From Tubiluchus corallicola (lineage: Eukaryota > Animalia > Priapulida): 64,000 nt of DNA. Position numbers and translations under genes: made by a program. Every line of letters begins with the position of its first letter. The stretch's first letter is position 1. Location: NCBI GenBank assembly GCA_030141605.1, contig JAQGDQ010000308.1:1-64000 (forward strand). The letters run 5' to 3'. Shown one piece after another: positions 1 to 15,191 of the stretch. Below the pieces are notes generated by a model that was given only the letters and a program-made list of their open reading frames with translations, did no database searches and was not told where the DNA came from.

Positions 1-792
1 ATACACTGTTTATTCAGGTAGCGGATGAAGCCCATCAAGGGAACTTAACAGGTTAAACCTAATCTATAGGGATGCATTTCACAGTTATAAATTAGTATCT
101 AAACTATACAATTCTTCTTGTTTTATACAGATTAAATAGACGGCCTCTTTTTAGACATAAACGTAAAATGATTATTAAAGTTACAAGAACAAAATATTTC
201 TGAGTGGTAACTGTAACAGAAATAATAATGCATTACTTGCTTATTTTGGCTAGTTTATTGTACCGGAACACTACAGCATGAGTCTACCATGTAAGTTTCA
301 TGGGTGGTGACTCTAGTTACTATAGTTTTACAGTTATTCAATGTTGTGACTCAAACTGACTGATTTCCTGTGTCCTTGACCGTTTCACCATTTGCAATGT
401 TATTGCTTGAGCCTCTAGCCCAAGTGTCTACCCAGTTTCGTAATGCTAGTCTTCCGCTTCCGCATTTGTGAGTTGAACCAAAAGTCTATCCTAAGAAAGC
501 ACCATGCCTAACAAATTGCTTAAAAACTAGGGTATTCTTATCCACATTGCTCACAGATAAAAAACACTCAGTGGTGGCAATAACACTCACCTAGTTTTTA
601 ATTATAAAAAAATAAAGTCACTGATAGGGGAAACCACCAATATACAGAACTACAAAATGCTAAGCCACCTAAGCTTCAAGCTTATCAGTTAATTCACTTT
701 ATGACACAACTTTAAAATAATTTTATTTTAACATTAAGCATGTTCAACCAAACGTAAAGATTTCTGGTTGTTGCTGTATAATTACAACATAC

Positions 793-3700
793 ATTTCCAG
801 CTTCTTCTAGCAGAGCCGAGACTCTTTTCTGATTGCCCATCACAGCCTTCATCTCCATATATCCAGCAAGGGCTAGCACAGGTACAGAAGCTAGAATGGC
901 TAGTGCCAATTTCCAGCCGAAAGCAAATGCTATGACCACTCCAGCAATCATAGTGACAAACGCTTGCAAAACAGTTGCAACCCGGATTCCGGTAGCCTGC
1001 AATATTAAATAATCATTTGGAAAAGAAATTGTAAATTCTCTCACGTAGCATGCGAAAAAAGGTATTTAACTTCAGCTAAAAGATTGCTATAAAATACTAA
1101 TGTTCAAACTAAATATACTATCTGAATCAAAGGGCCTAAATTACAAACGTGTTTATCTAGTGTCAGAAAGCAGACTCTAATTAACTCTGAATCAAAAGTT
1201 TTTCAGCCACAATTAATACTTGCAATTTTTAATTAAACAAAAGCATATCAAAATTGACAAAATGAGCTTTAATGACTTGAGTAAAAACTTCAAGCTCCTT
1301 TTCAATTACAGTCATCTATTCATACCCCTTTAATAATTGGTGCATCAGTGGCAAGCCGAGTTGTAAGTTTACCAGTTGAATGCTTAGGATCATCAAACCA
1401 GCCAATATCTTGCCTGAGAATATTGGTAAATGTCTGCAGACGAAGCCTCGTTGTCATTTTTTCCCCAGATGTTCCAAACACAACAGCCTAACACATTAAA
1501 ATACTTACAGTAATTAAGTAGTCTGGTTAATGAGTGGAAAAATTGGTGCAAACTGGAATAAAAAAATATTTTAATGTTTAACATTTAATGTTGTTTTGCC
1601 TTAATTAAATAAAGGATCAACATGAGTGTTAAGACGTTTAACTGAAGGATGGTGTCTCATTAACACTGGTATTGTACTGATTGAACATTTTATAGTTCAG
1701 AAACTCAAATATTCACAAAGCACTTCAGTATTTTCCGCTGTTTTTAAACAAATTAGTTTAATGGTTCATCTACCTCATAAAACAATTAGCAATTTAGGAA
1801 ATGAAATATAAGATAAAATGCTATCCACCAATTTCAAATTGGATAACAGTAAAAAAAATTACAGAAAAATTTACCTAGCAGGATGAAAAAAAGCACAAAC
1901 TCAGTAACAAATCTTACGATTTTACACTCACTCTGGCAATCGTAAAATATGTTTATTAAATTGATGTCATATCTTCCACAGCTAAAATCAATTTTGCTAT
2001 GGGTACACACCAGTGGCAGACTGGGCCTAAACTTTCTACCGGGAAAACTTGTAAAAGACCCCAGTCAAAAGGAACCACTTAAATCCAAAACATAAACAAA
2101 GGAAGCAAACAAAAGTAAAGGTTTTATGCAAATAAAATGTTACACCTATTCAATATTGTTGTATTTATTTATGTTAATGAGTGCATAATGCAAATACTAG
2201 AAAACTTTAATAATTTTATAATAAAAATGAATATCTCAATCATAGCACAACCAAGCCGTGTAATTTATGAAACATAATTTGAAATTGTTTTCAAAGTATA
2301 AATAAAAGTGGAACGTCTGCATTTTTTAATGTGTGCACTTATCACTACAACAGTCAAAATTCAGTAACTTACAAAGTACAAATCTCCTAGATAACAAGCA
2401 ATCTAGAAAATTGTGTCGATTTTTTCAGAAGACAAGGAACAATCCACAGAAATTTCAGAAAAAAAGCATTTTTCGATGCTCATCAACAAAAAAGTTTCAA
2501 GTAGCTCATTTGAAAGCGAAGAGCGTAATCAAGTTTTTACAATTTTCAACTTACTGAATGCACGTTCACAACTGACTTGTGTGAACGACAAGCTCAAAAG
2601 ATATTTGAAAGCTAAGAATAAATTCGAGTATGCAGATGCATAGAAAGAATACTTAAACAGGACATGGAAATAGAAAAGCAGGCAGTTCCTACATGAGTTT
2701 TTAGAAGTGCAATGTGATCCAGAAATTACATCAAAGTGTACTGACGCTGTACATTGTTTTAGCAGGAGTTTTCTACATGGTACTGGTATATAAGCCATGT
2801 GGTAATTGTCCTAAATTCCTACTGTGCGCAGTAAGTGCGAATACTACATTAACGACAACAACAAAAAAATAAAATGAAAAATGAAACCATTCCTCGTTTT
2901 TGCAATACATAATTTCATTGCAGATTTTATGTTGCTATTATGTTATATATATATCTATATATATATATACAGCTATATTTCATGATGTAATAAACATATT
3001 TTCGGCTTTTTACCCGATGCCTCAAATTTTAATTACTGAAGGAATATTTCTTACAATGTGCTTAATATCTCATAAACGAAAACAAAACTAAAAAATATCC
3101 TTAAAAATGAAAAAAGTTACATCAAACAAGGAACTGAGGACATCTATTATCTTCCGAAAGAAATTACAGCATCAAAGAAGCCTTGTTTAAATGTTCCCAG
3201 AATCTATGCAATATTTTTCTTTCTTTAGTTTCTCCTTTTTTCGTTATTTCTAATGTGATGGTCCATCACTTTGGGGCCCACTGGGAAATTTCCCGGTATC
3301 CCAGTGAGCCTGTCTGCCACTGGCGCACACTCTTACTATTCATACAATAATACTAATTAAAACTTGATGGTTAAAATCAAAGCCATTCTAGCATGCTCTT
3401 CGTCTGATAAAGGCTTATTCAAATGTGGATAAAAACAAAAACATGATTGCAAATTTTAAAAGAATGTTTATATTCGAATCTTGGCTAGACATCAACAAAC
3501 AAGGTACGTTACCGACACAAAAGAACAAATTCCTTGAGTGAATGCAAGTACCAGGAACATAAGACTCCAGAATCGGGCATCTACTCTTAGCTGTTCATAA
3601 TCTGTATTACCAAAGACCTACGACACAAAAGGGATTAATAGAAACACTGATCATTGCATTCTCTACTAAAATTTACAATTAAGTTATTAAATCTAAATCC

Positions 3701-6700
3701 CCAAAGGCATAACATTATAAGCTCATAGAAAAAAATTAAAATTAAAAATTTTGCTAAGGATAAAAAATCACATGAATTAAATGATTGAGCAGCAATGAAC
3801 CGCATAACTAATTACAGATTCAAGTTGTCTGTGACATGCTATAACAGAATATGCTTAGCAGCCTGTAACAATTTTGTTTCTAAATAGTAAGCTATGCGGA
3901 AGCTCGCATCATTTTCCCGTAGCAACCCAGTCTCAGCCTTTAAAATCAAATATGCTTAACGGGAAAAAACGAAGCTGCTGTTATTTTCACTTTGTTTACG
4001 TGCTGATAGTTTCATTCAGACAGGGACATCCTGTATCTTATCTAAAAACATTGCAAAGGTCGTATTAAAAATTTTGTACCTTGAAGATCTCGCTATAAAA
4101 CACTGCAAAGACTGGCATGGCACAGCCAACACCTGCTGAAGATATGCTACCAACAACTATATAGGGCCACTCTGGTGCATTGGCTTTTAGCATTTGAGTA
4201 AATGTTGCCTCCTCAAGACTTTTTGCCTAGACAATAATAAATTATCATTAATAAAATAAGGTAAAAGAAAAAACTAAGCGTTTCTTCTAAATGAGCACCA
4301 GCAATCACGAATGTTCACATCACACAAAAACTCGATATGATCCCAATTATTTTAAACAATCCTGAAATTATTAATCCAGTTTCACTACAAGTTCACAAAT
4401 TTTAAATTTGGTAACGCTTAAGAGTACTGTACATGTAAATTGGGTAGTAAATAACCTACTAAAATGCTAGTAACTATTACTGCACATCAGTTGATATCAT
4501 CTCTATGTTAGCTTAGCCAAGCAAAATTATACGACTATTATAAACATTCAGGGCCAAATAATGAACTTTAAGGGCCCTGATGGTGAAGGCTCCCAGACAA
4601 GAGCCCTTTATCTCATATAAAAGGCCTCAAACAGGGGCCCTTTAATTTGAAATAAGGGGCCACAAATGGGGCCACTTTTTTAAAATTGGGTTTTTAGACT
4701 TCCAGGCTCCTTTTTTTAAAGATGAAATTTTATTTAAATGAATTATTTAGCAATGCAGTATATTATACTCATTTTTCAAAAAAAATTATGTTTGAAAATC
4801 TTTTAGTAAGGTCCCTCAAGCTTGCAGGGCACTATACTAGCCAGTAGGAAAATCTGGCTCTGTAAACATCCAAAAACAATCAAAAACTGAGCAGTCTCTG
4901 GTTGAGTTTTGTGGTCCTCCATTTAACTAGTTTCTCAACATTTTTACTCACTAATCGAAATCAGGTGATCCTTAATCAGCATAAACGTAGAAGTTTACGA
5001 AAAACCTCGACTGACTATCGACGGAATATCTTCTACACATTTTTCCAATTGTTTTCAAGTGGCTGATAATGTGTGATTCCCTTATTGCACTAATGCAACT
5101 TCATGTGACTAATTACTACCCCATTACAAACACTCACTTCTTCTTTGTCTAATTTTTGCTGGTCCTTTGACTTTTCTCTGGACGGAGAACGAGTGAGAGG
5201 TGCTTCGGATTCCATTCTTGTAAGCGACTTTGCACGAGTCTTTTTCTCTGTAACCAATATGCAAGCAAATTTGAAACTTTGGAGAGTTCTAATAAGCATA
5301 GTCACATAGCTCATCTCAAATAAAGTCACCAATCGCAAGCTCAGAAATATGACCAGTTCATTTAACAACAATTTATCAATCTAGAAAATTATACCATATT
5401 TTTTAGAATGATAAATGCTTGGTCACAAAAGTAAATAAATATTGAAGTGTATACAAAAAACAAAGGCAGTTTACATGAATACTAAATCAATACTGCAGAA
5501 GTACTATAAAGTAAGCTTAACAAGACACCATTTCCACCAAAATCAAGTCACATTTATCATCTTACATTAGCCAGCACTTAATGGAAAGCCTATTAATGAT
5601 TACTTGTGGGAGCAACTAAACTGAGACACAGAATCAGCAGAGGTATATCCTAGCCACATTTGACTGTTTATACATTCTTCCATGTGGAAAAGCAGTATGA
5701 TAAATAAAACTGTGCACAATTAGCTTTCTAGAAATTACCCTTCATTTTAAAGACTAGAGAGCCAAGCATTGTTCAATATTGCAGATGAGCGCATACTGAA
5801 ATCACTAACCTATTCACATCTCCCTTTCTTATACAATTTGGCGCAGCATAAACCACACTCTGCAAAGATTTTTACACATTTGCTCCACTTTTTAAACTTT
5901 TTAGCTAGTTTTGAGATACATTGTCACAATGCTGGTATACAGCTAACAAACAAAAAACAAAAATACTACAAGTATCACGATTCCACTAAAAGGAAAACTG
6001 GACGATTGTGTTGACCAGCAGTTCCCAACCTTTTGTTGATGGCGACCCTTTTCCAGAACCCTGCATCATAGCGTGACTCCACGAAGAACATAATCACATG
6101 TTATACTATTAAACACCATTATCGTTTGCATTTATTAATTTTAACTTACAATTCAACAAATTATTGATTGAACAATGAGTGACTGTTTCATTAATTAATT
6201 AATGTGATGGTTGTGCCTGTTTCTCAGTGACCAGTTTTGCAGTGCAATAGGTCAACAATCATGTCCGATGGGCGGTGTACACTGTACACAAGTGTACAGC
6301 ATGAAACAACGCGCATTTGCATTTTCCCGGTAATTCAAGCACTGATATACTGATATACCACCTTTAGAGAGGGAAAACAAAGTTTCACTTTCTAGAACAA
6401 ACTGATGTAATGAGAGACTGAAAAAACAACACCTACTTACATGCTTTTCATGGAAACAGGATTTTTTAAAAATAGCTTTGTGACCCCAACTGGGGCCGTG
6501 ACCCAGAGGTTGGGAACCTATGGTGTAGACATTACTTCAAAATAAAGTATGCTCTATAAAAATAATAAGTTTTTTAAATCAAAGCTTGGATTAACTAATA
6601 ATTACCTTGGATAGTTAAATTTTATTAAACTTTCAAAGCTACACGCAGCTCGGCGAATCCACTAAGATTGGGAATAGCTCTTTTTGTCACATTCATGTGG

Positions 6701-9700
6701 CTGACAAATAGGCGCCGTACCATGATAAGCATGATCATACACTGCCGCGTTCGTCTGTGACGTCAGTGTGATGTAAAGCTCATTTTAGTGACATCACATC
6801 AGCGTCTTATAGCAATCTTCGCTTGCACAAACGTGCTTGACATGCAGGGAAGATGCCTACCATTGCACAATCTGTGGTTAGTTTGTTATTTAAGCGATAG
6901 CGGTGTTCGGCTGCTGTTAATTAACTTTTCATGGTAATTATTCAAATATTAGAAACAACTGCTAACTTTCATAGGCAAAAAAATGTTTGTCTTGGACATT
7001 AAATTAAAATTAGACTGAGTCTAACCAATCATCCGGTTTTAGTTTAAATAAACCGCTGTCGTCGACATAGTAAAATTGTACCTAGATAAGAAGACATGTT
7101 TTCGGCCATTCCTTCCATAGTTTGCAGTGTCACCAGATCGCGGTATACACCATGCTTGTCCATGAGTTCTTTGTGGGTTCCCTGTTCTACGACTCGCCCT
7201 TCTTCAATGGTGACTATTTGGTCAGCAGCCTTAATGGTTGACAACCGATGAGCAACGACTATGGTGGTACGACCTTCTCTAGCCTGGTCAATAAAACTAA
7301 AAGTTAATGATGTCTATGCACTAATTGCTCGGACATGAGCAATACACACACAGCTAAACAAAATGTAAGTCTCTATACGTTTTTTCCATTGGTTTACTTT
7401 TACTACTAACACTACTAAAGCATTACACAATTGTGGACAGAAGACAATGTCAAACCTTATCTAAAGCTTCCTGGACTATTTTCTCACTAGTTGCATCAAG
7501 AGCAGAAGTTGCTTCATCTAGCAACAGTATTCGAGGGTTTCGTACTAATGCACGTGCAAGGGCTACCCGCTGCTTCTGACCACCAGACAGCTGGGCACCT
7601 CTTTCACCAACCAAGGTGTCATAACCCTAAAAATAGTTTATTTACTAAGATTAAGAATTAAAGAAAATGTGAACATCATTGCAAATGCCTTGTCCTATGT
7701 CATTTTGTATTGAGGCACTATTATGTTAAATCGAGTGCAAGCGAAACGAAACCTGCACTTAAAATAACCACTAAAGAATAACATACGGTTAGTTCATTAC
7801 AACCTTGGGAAGCTGTGAAATGAAATCATGTGCATTAGCAGCTTTTGCTGCTTCTTTCATTTCTGCATCGGTGATATCCTGTCGGCCATAACGGATGTTC
7901 TCTGCAATACTGCAACCAAATAGCACCGGCTCCTGACTCACCACTCCAATTTCGTTTCTTAACCACAGTAAATTGAGACCTTGAACTTCTTCCTCATCAA
8001 TGTAGATCTAAAAAAAGTAAAAGCGAGTTATTTTGGGATTCTCCTGTTTGCCATTACAAAGCAGAAATAACACTATGTTTACTTGCAAAGTAAGTGGATT
8101 CAAAATTCAATCTCTATGATCTATGACACTAACCTGGCCTCCTGTTGCATCATAAAACCTGAGCAATAAGTTTATCACAGTTGATTTGCCTGAGCCGCTT
8201 GCACCAACTAATGCAACAGTTTGTCCGGGTTTGACCAACAAATTAAAGTTCTGTAGAACCTAAAAATATACAACAAAATTGTCATTATAAAATAATACAA
8301 GCAAAAACCATATTTTTTATAAAGCAACAAAAAAATATGTGGTATTTAGAATTGTATGTATCACATCAAAATGATATATCATATCAAAAACCTATAAAAT
8401 TGATATTAACAAAAACCTACTGGTACGTCAGGTCTTGTTGGGTAGTTAAAGCCCACATTCTGAAATACTATACTTCCTGTAGAACGTCTTGGAATTTTCC
8501 CAATGTTACCGTAAGCATCTATAGCTGGCTCCTGAAATTTATAAAAGTTGTACTAATTCAAAACGAAAACTACCGAACTTATCTAAGACAGCAAAATGTC
8601 ATAGGGCCAAAAGTAAATGAAATTGCTTTGTGCTGACTTGCTAATTTATAGAAACGTCTAACGCAGCATTAAAGCATTGTTCGTTATTCTGCACAAGATA
8701 AAAGAAGTCGAACACTTAACTAGTCATATTTGATAAATGTAAAATAATTAGTACATATACAATTTTTGAATGAAATCATTAACTTTGTCAACTCTGTTTC
8801 TGGCCTATATTTTGACTATTTCTCAGTGAATTTCGAGTAGACAATTACCCTGTCAATAATGTTGTAGACAGCTGCTGCAGAGCCTTTGGCAGTAGCAATT
8901 GTACTTATATGTGGTGCTGCATTCCCTAATGAGAATGACCCAATCATAACTGCAAAAAATACCTAAAATATAAGCAAAGCATACTTATTAAAACGTATTT
9001 CAATTTTTAAATTGACTTTGGTGACCTATTGATCAGCTTGTTAACTGATACAGACAATTTAATTTTATTCTTCCACAAGCATTTTGGAAATAGACCCGAT
9101 GGTGAAAGACCCGCACTTGTCACCTATAAGCTTTTCCACAGTTCCAGAGATTGATGATAATCGTGGAAATGTCAAAGGTTACACATCACATCCTGTTCTG
9201 CCACTGTAAACTAAACAGGCACTTATAACAGAAAACAGCGCTACCAGAGCCCTCCTTGCACCTATTCTTCCTTTTACAATTAACAGAATTATGCAAAAAG
9301 ATTCTCACTTATCATTTCTTGTTATCCATCCACGTCTCATTATATCTTACTTAATTAATTATTTATCAATTATGATTACAAAGTATTAATTGAAGTATGG
9401 ATATAGTAACTTACAGTGAAAACTGTTCCAGCAGAAATCTTTTCATCGGTAATCAATATTGAACCATACCTAAACATAAACAGACCTGATAGTCCGATCT
9501 GCAAGATATAATTTGACTTCAAACAAAATTCATTCTAAATTGCGGTCATTTCTGCTACCCACAGTGTTCCGTGATGTCAGTTTAATCTTCTAATGTGTGA
9601 GCTAACTTGTCAGCACACATTACATTAAAAATAGTGTCACAAAAAAATTATTACTTACCAGAATGCTAGAGAGTAGCTGCTGAACACAACCACCATGGTG

Positions 9701-12700
9701 ATAAATATGCCTACACCAGCTAAAATACTTTTCTTTGTGCCCAAAGTTTTACCTTCTTCCAGTGCATCACAATATCTAAACCAGATAATATTGGGATAAT
9801 AAAAATAAATAGAAATGAAACTTAGTTCCTTATAGAAAGAAGACTTTACATTCTTTGTTCTCACACACGCTTCCATTCTATTTACATACGCATTATGATT
9901 AAATTCCTATCATTTAATTCAAATGCAAATAGTAATTTTTAAAAAATACCAAGAAACTTTAAATTTGTCTTGAAAGCGTTAACGCTTATTCATATCTGAA
10001 AACACAAAAAGACGACAAAAATTTTCAAGTTGGTAAAGCACCCCAGAGCAAACTGTACTAACTGACTAAATTTAATTTTTCAAATTTTTTTTTGAAATCT
10101 TCTGCTTAAAAATAAGCAGAAATAAATGTAATATAAGCTCTTGATAAGACATAAATCTTACAGTTAACAGACAAACTAGTAAAACCAGTTAGTTAAGCAA
10201 ACTTAACACGTGTAAACTTTCAAAAACTAACCTGGTTATTTCTTTTGTTTGCCCATTGAAAGCGACTACTGTGCGCATGCAAGAAAATACCTCTTCAGCT
10301 ATGCTTCCTGCTGTTGCATAACGCCTCTGTTCCATAGTAGAAACTTTTGATATATACTATAAAAATAAAAACGCATGACCAGAAGAAGCGTAGTAAAAAT
10401 AATGTCAAATTGTCATTAAAGATTTTGGAAGTACTGAACAGCATTTGTTACCATAGTAACAACAAGTACTTGGCTGCACCAGATGCACAGCGAATAAGGA
10501 GTAAATTTACATTTCAAAGATGATTTAATGCTGCTGAGTAATGTTTGGAACTTATTATGACAATTTTAGTAAATTTCCTAAAGATGACAGTTTAGAGCGA
10601 CAATGTGAACTTCATATGAAGAACCAGAAGCAACCGTTTAACAAAATAAAAAAACAATAAACTCGGCAGTTACTTAAAAGCCGCAATAAAATAATGGTCA
10701 GTACTCGACATACACATTTATTAATACTTATTAAATAAACATTTGTATGCATGAATGCAAATCATATTTAACTTATTAATTATTATAAAATGATCATGTC
10801 TCACACTACTATATTTCATTATTAATATCATACTTACTATAGAGATGAAACTTGCACAGGCGGCCATTAGTGGCGTAAGTGACATTATCACCAAAGTTAA
10901 TTGCCATGAGAAATAAAATCCTATTGTAAAACCAGCTATGAATGCACAAATGAACTGTATAAACAAGCTCAACTTGTCACCCAATCCTGCCTTGATTCTT
11001 TCTATGTCACTGCAAAAACGAAGCAAATAAAAGCCAATGTGCTCAATACTGAATGTAGACTTATTCTCAGAAAAGAAGACTCATGTTATGACACTAATAG
11101 CATCTTTTGCAAATAAATACTTTTACATTTTTTCCTAACTAAAGATTTTGTTTTACTAATTACATGTGTATCTAATCACTTAATATTTAGGTGGCCTGCC
11201 ATAAGTCCACTTTGTAGGTCTGCTATGATTCTAGTTGAAGTATACTAATGGTAATGTAATAATACTATACAGTATTTATTAATGCAAATTATTACATAAA
11301 CATATCGCTAGCTAAAGTGACAATTAATGCATGTAAATAGGATAAAAACATATTTTGTATCAAGCTTTAGAAAATCTTGCAAGAAAGCATTAATGTTGTT
11401 ATGCTGATTATGCGTTAGATAGTAACAGTTTTATTTTTTACAGTTTTTGTCGTGTAATACTGCAACTGCTTAGAAAGTCCCATTATTTTATATGTTTACA
11501 CAATTCTTTCTAGAATCAAGTCAAAGTTATGTTTCAAAACATAAACACTGTATTTGACTCTCATGTTTTACTAAGTGATAGTTAGCACTGGCAATGTAGG
11601 CTTCGTAGCACCACAGCAACGCACGTTGAATTTTTTTGTATTAGATGACACTTTTATTTTGGCTAGAGTTAGCTTTAGTCCATCCTGCCATTTGTTTAAA
11701 CATTACGATACACTGTATATCGCATTTACGGTGACTCTTGGTGATAAACTTACTTCATCATTGTTGTGTTTTGCTGCTAGCTTGCCAAGTGTAAATAGAA
11801 TAAATCAAGAGTTTTCATTAGACGTTTTGAGTGCTTTTGCAAATAGCAAGTTTGTGTTAGATGTGTAAATTACAAATTTGCAAATTGCACATGTTATGAG
11901 TGTGGATGTGTTTAGACTGTGTTTGTATTACATTATGTAATGTATGTGAAATAAATTGATTGAAAATCCAAAGTGGTAGTGAACATCAACGCATGAGAAA
12001 GACTGCGTCTCCATGATGGTAAGCAGTTGTATATCTCATGAGAATTCTTAAAGTAAGTAAAAAAGTTAACGAAGAATCTTACTCGGCAAGTCTAGTGGTC
12101 AAGGCACCACTTTCATGAGCATCAAACCAACCAATATCTTGACGTAAAATTGCATGGAAGAAATTCTGTCTGACTTCATGCACTTGTCGTTCACATGCCA
12201 CCATCCAACAAGCAATCTGTAAGATATGCAGTTAACTACGCTTATTTTATTCTGTTCACACTGCTGAAAACTAACACACACAAATTTCAGATAAAAGGAA
12301 AATTTCACATTGAATGGGAAAGACCTTAACTAAATAAAAAGATTTATCACTCCTTACCTGAAGGAAAGATGCTCCAAACATCCCCAATCCAATGTACATA
12401 TAATAAACTGCATATTTATTCATCTCTGATAAAAACGCTTCAATAATGATTTCGGAATCATTCACTGTCATATTCTGTAAACAATCACATGATCAACATT
12501 TTTACTACATTATATCCAGATCATTTTAATTGTGTAATTTTAAACGTATTACTCCACATATCAGATGTCAGAGGTATTAGAGTACTGCTAAATATAGCAG
12601 ATGTGTTAAGGCTTAAGCATCTATTTGCCAGTTGTAGTTTGACTATTACCGGACACTCGTCTGAATAGCAAGAGAAAACCCACTGATGACAGGTGCAAAA

Positions 12701-14412
12701 ATTATCTGCAGGAAATAGTCACACCTAAAACATTTCATTTGGCATAAATACATGTGACTTGGAATTACAATGTTATTTTATCAGCAATATTTACACAACA
12801 GAACGAATCAAGCACTTTCCTCATTTTAAGCAGTTATTTTCATGCATAAAGCTCATAAAAGACATTTGGGGAACTTTTGTGAAAAAAATTAGAATATTGT
12901 GAACACAGTCACAGGCCGGCCATAATCTTCTACGTTAAGTAAGCCTCAGCATTAAGTGCTGGATCTTGACAAAATTGTAAAAAAACTTTTTAAGCCTGTA
13001 CCATCAAGATATTAATTGCAATCAGCTAGAACTTAAATAGTAATTTCTCTAGGTAAAAGGCCCGATGGGAGGTAATATTTCCATTCCCTATTCCTACTTA
13101 ATTTTGTGCATTAGACATTATCATACAGATCAAACAGAGATCTGTTAGTTCTCTGTTTAAATATAAATATCAAGAAAGCAAAGTAATAATATAATCGCGT
13201 AAAAAGTTAAAAATTTTCATTTACATATCTGGTTGTGTATTTCCTTATTTTCTTCTCCACACACAGTCAATTGTATGAACACACACATGCTCACACACAG
13301 AAATTTCAAGAAATTAGTTGTGCAAATTATATACCACATTATCAAAATCTAGAAAGCTGTCTGTCATTTCTCCAAAAACTACTGCTAGTACTGGCCATCC
13401 TGCTCCATGCAAGGCTGACCAAAATGTGCCCAGAGCTATGAGAAGCCAATCCAAAGTAGTGGCATATCGAAACTGTAAAAAAGTAGATAAGAATTAACTG
13501 TAAAAAAGTAGATAATAATTAACAAGAATATCGATACAGCTTATGTGTAATTGAATTAAAATGGAATTAAATTGTTCACGTAATATTATATCGCAATTCA
13601 TTTTACTGCTATAATAGTACTGCCTGTCTAAGGAATTTATAACGCTTTGTAACTCTTTACAAAAAGTTTGAAATCTGGAGATATTCACCATCCAACAGAG
13701 TCTTGTAGATAAGTCAAATTGTGACCAAGGTGAATGTAGACAAAGCTAAGCCTTATGTGATATTTGGTGATCATTATATGACTGGGTAAGCAGTCAGATT
13801 GATAACCAATCAAATAAATAAACAAGAATAAATGAAAACAATCTGTGGAGTCTGTAACAATGACAACAGGAATTTCCTGAACAGGTTAGCCTAAAGTGGC
13901 ATTAAAGCCCAAGTCAGAGAACAGAAAACATACCAACTGAAAGAACGAAATTTCTGCCTTTTCCTCTTCATCATGCTGATCTTTTTTGGTTCTAAAAATA
14001 TAAAACATGATAATGCTTTAAATAATTGCACGATAAAACGATATATTAGGTAAGATTCATATTAAAACAAGAATGACAAATAATACTGGTGCATAGTCAT
14101 GGTCATCTTAGTTATACTGCAAGAGTGTGATTAACTAATGATAACGCATTCACTTTGATGCGTTGACTGGATAATTTACAACTACATAAAGCTGACACAA
14201 AAGTGCAAGAAGTGATAATAATCTTGATATATAAATAAACAACAAAACAACGCTGGTGCGCATCCTTACAATTTGGAATGTTTGATAATTTCTTTAGTGG
14301 AAGAGCCATAGCTTGTTTCCAGCAAAGATCCATCTTCCTGCCGTTTTCTCGATTTTGACAGACCCAATAGACGATCAGTTTCTTTAGCGTCATCGTAGTC
14401 ATCTTCATCCAT
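793..14412 (-). CDS. ABCB1: ABCB1/MDR1-type P-glycoprotein full transporter, ~20 coding exons visible, 3' part continues beyond window start
   Basis: Spliced GT-AG exons give canonical P-gp motifs. Exon 14412-14270 (MDEDDYDD..., phase 2) joins 13991-13934 (..AEISFFQL), then [15 protein letters not shown]..., [21 protein letters not shown], Walker [11 protein letters not shown] (~8180-8210), [32 protein letters not shown] (~7495-7590), [12 protein letters not shown], linker 5247-5138, TMD2 exons to 996-793 ([13 protein letters not shown]...EEAGN). NBD2 is outside the window. Confidence 0.95.
2011..3322 (-). mobile_element. Internally deleted hAT (Tip100-like) DNA transposon in an ABCB intron
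   Basis: TIRs CAGTGGCAGACTGG / CCTGTCTGCCACTG; degenerate 8-bp TSD gtacacac/gcgcacac; minus-strand remnant [32 protein letters not shown] matches the hAT C-terminal dimerisation motif. Confidence 0.85.
4549..4862. mobile_element. hAT-type MITE
   Basis: TIRs CAGGGCCAAAT / ATCTGGCTCTG; 8-bp TSD taaacatt (4541-4548) / taaacatc (4863-4870); internal GGGCCC repeats. Confidence 0.8.
6016..6522. mobile_element. hAT-Charlie/Buster-type MITE
   Basis: TIRs CAGCAGTTCCCAACCT / AGGTTGGGAACCTATG; 8-bp TSD gtgttgac / gtgtagac. Confidence 0.85.
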
Positions 14413-15191
14413 TCTCGTTTCTTGGCGCTAAACCTGTGCGTAGTTCACAAACACTTATACGCGTTTACGTAAGATGATCACAGACTTGGATATACACACG
14501 CGGCATCACAATTATAACAGAGCACGTGAATCGTAGTAGTAGTAATTCATAAGCATTGATTATAACTTGGTCCACACCACAAACGACTGCACAGCGGCAA
14601 GAAAAGTTAGTCTGCGACAAATATACAGCAACAGACTCATTAGTTAAACAACATTCTAGGCTACAGAGTTATGAAATCAAGTACGTAAAACTAGCCAAAC
14701 TACTGTATGTACAGAATCCCGGAATTACTCATGTTTCTTCCTTCGGACTGAACAGGACTCCTACTCCCTCGCGCGTGACAGATCGGCTCTGAAGCGGAAA
14801 TCGCGTAAGCTAGTCAATCACTTGATAAAGCTGCTGTTAAATATACTACAGATCTTCGTTCAATCAGGCCACTGTCAGAGTTATGACTCATTTTGATTAT
14901 GGAGCTTTAGCTTTAGCTTTAGAGAAACAAAAACAATGTTTTGCCACAAAATTATCACTAACAAATTAGTCATAAGAATTATAGCTTTTTGGACTGGAGC
15001 TGATTCATAAGCTCTTTAACTGTATCTCTGTAAGCTACCTTGAACAGTTATTGGGCCAGTCCCACCGTGGATACGCTCGATTCTGTTCTTTATCAGTGGC
15101 GAGCAAACAGACATCAATAAAAAATGCATGTTTGCGAGATCAACTCGATTATAAAATCATGCCATATGTCTTTTACATCATCTATGCACTT

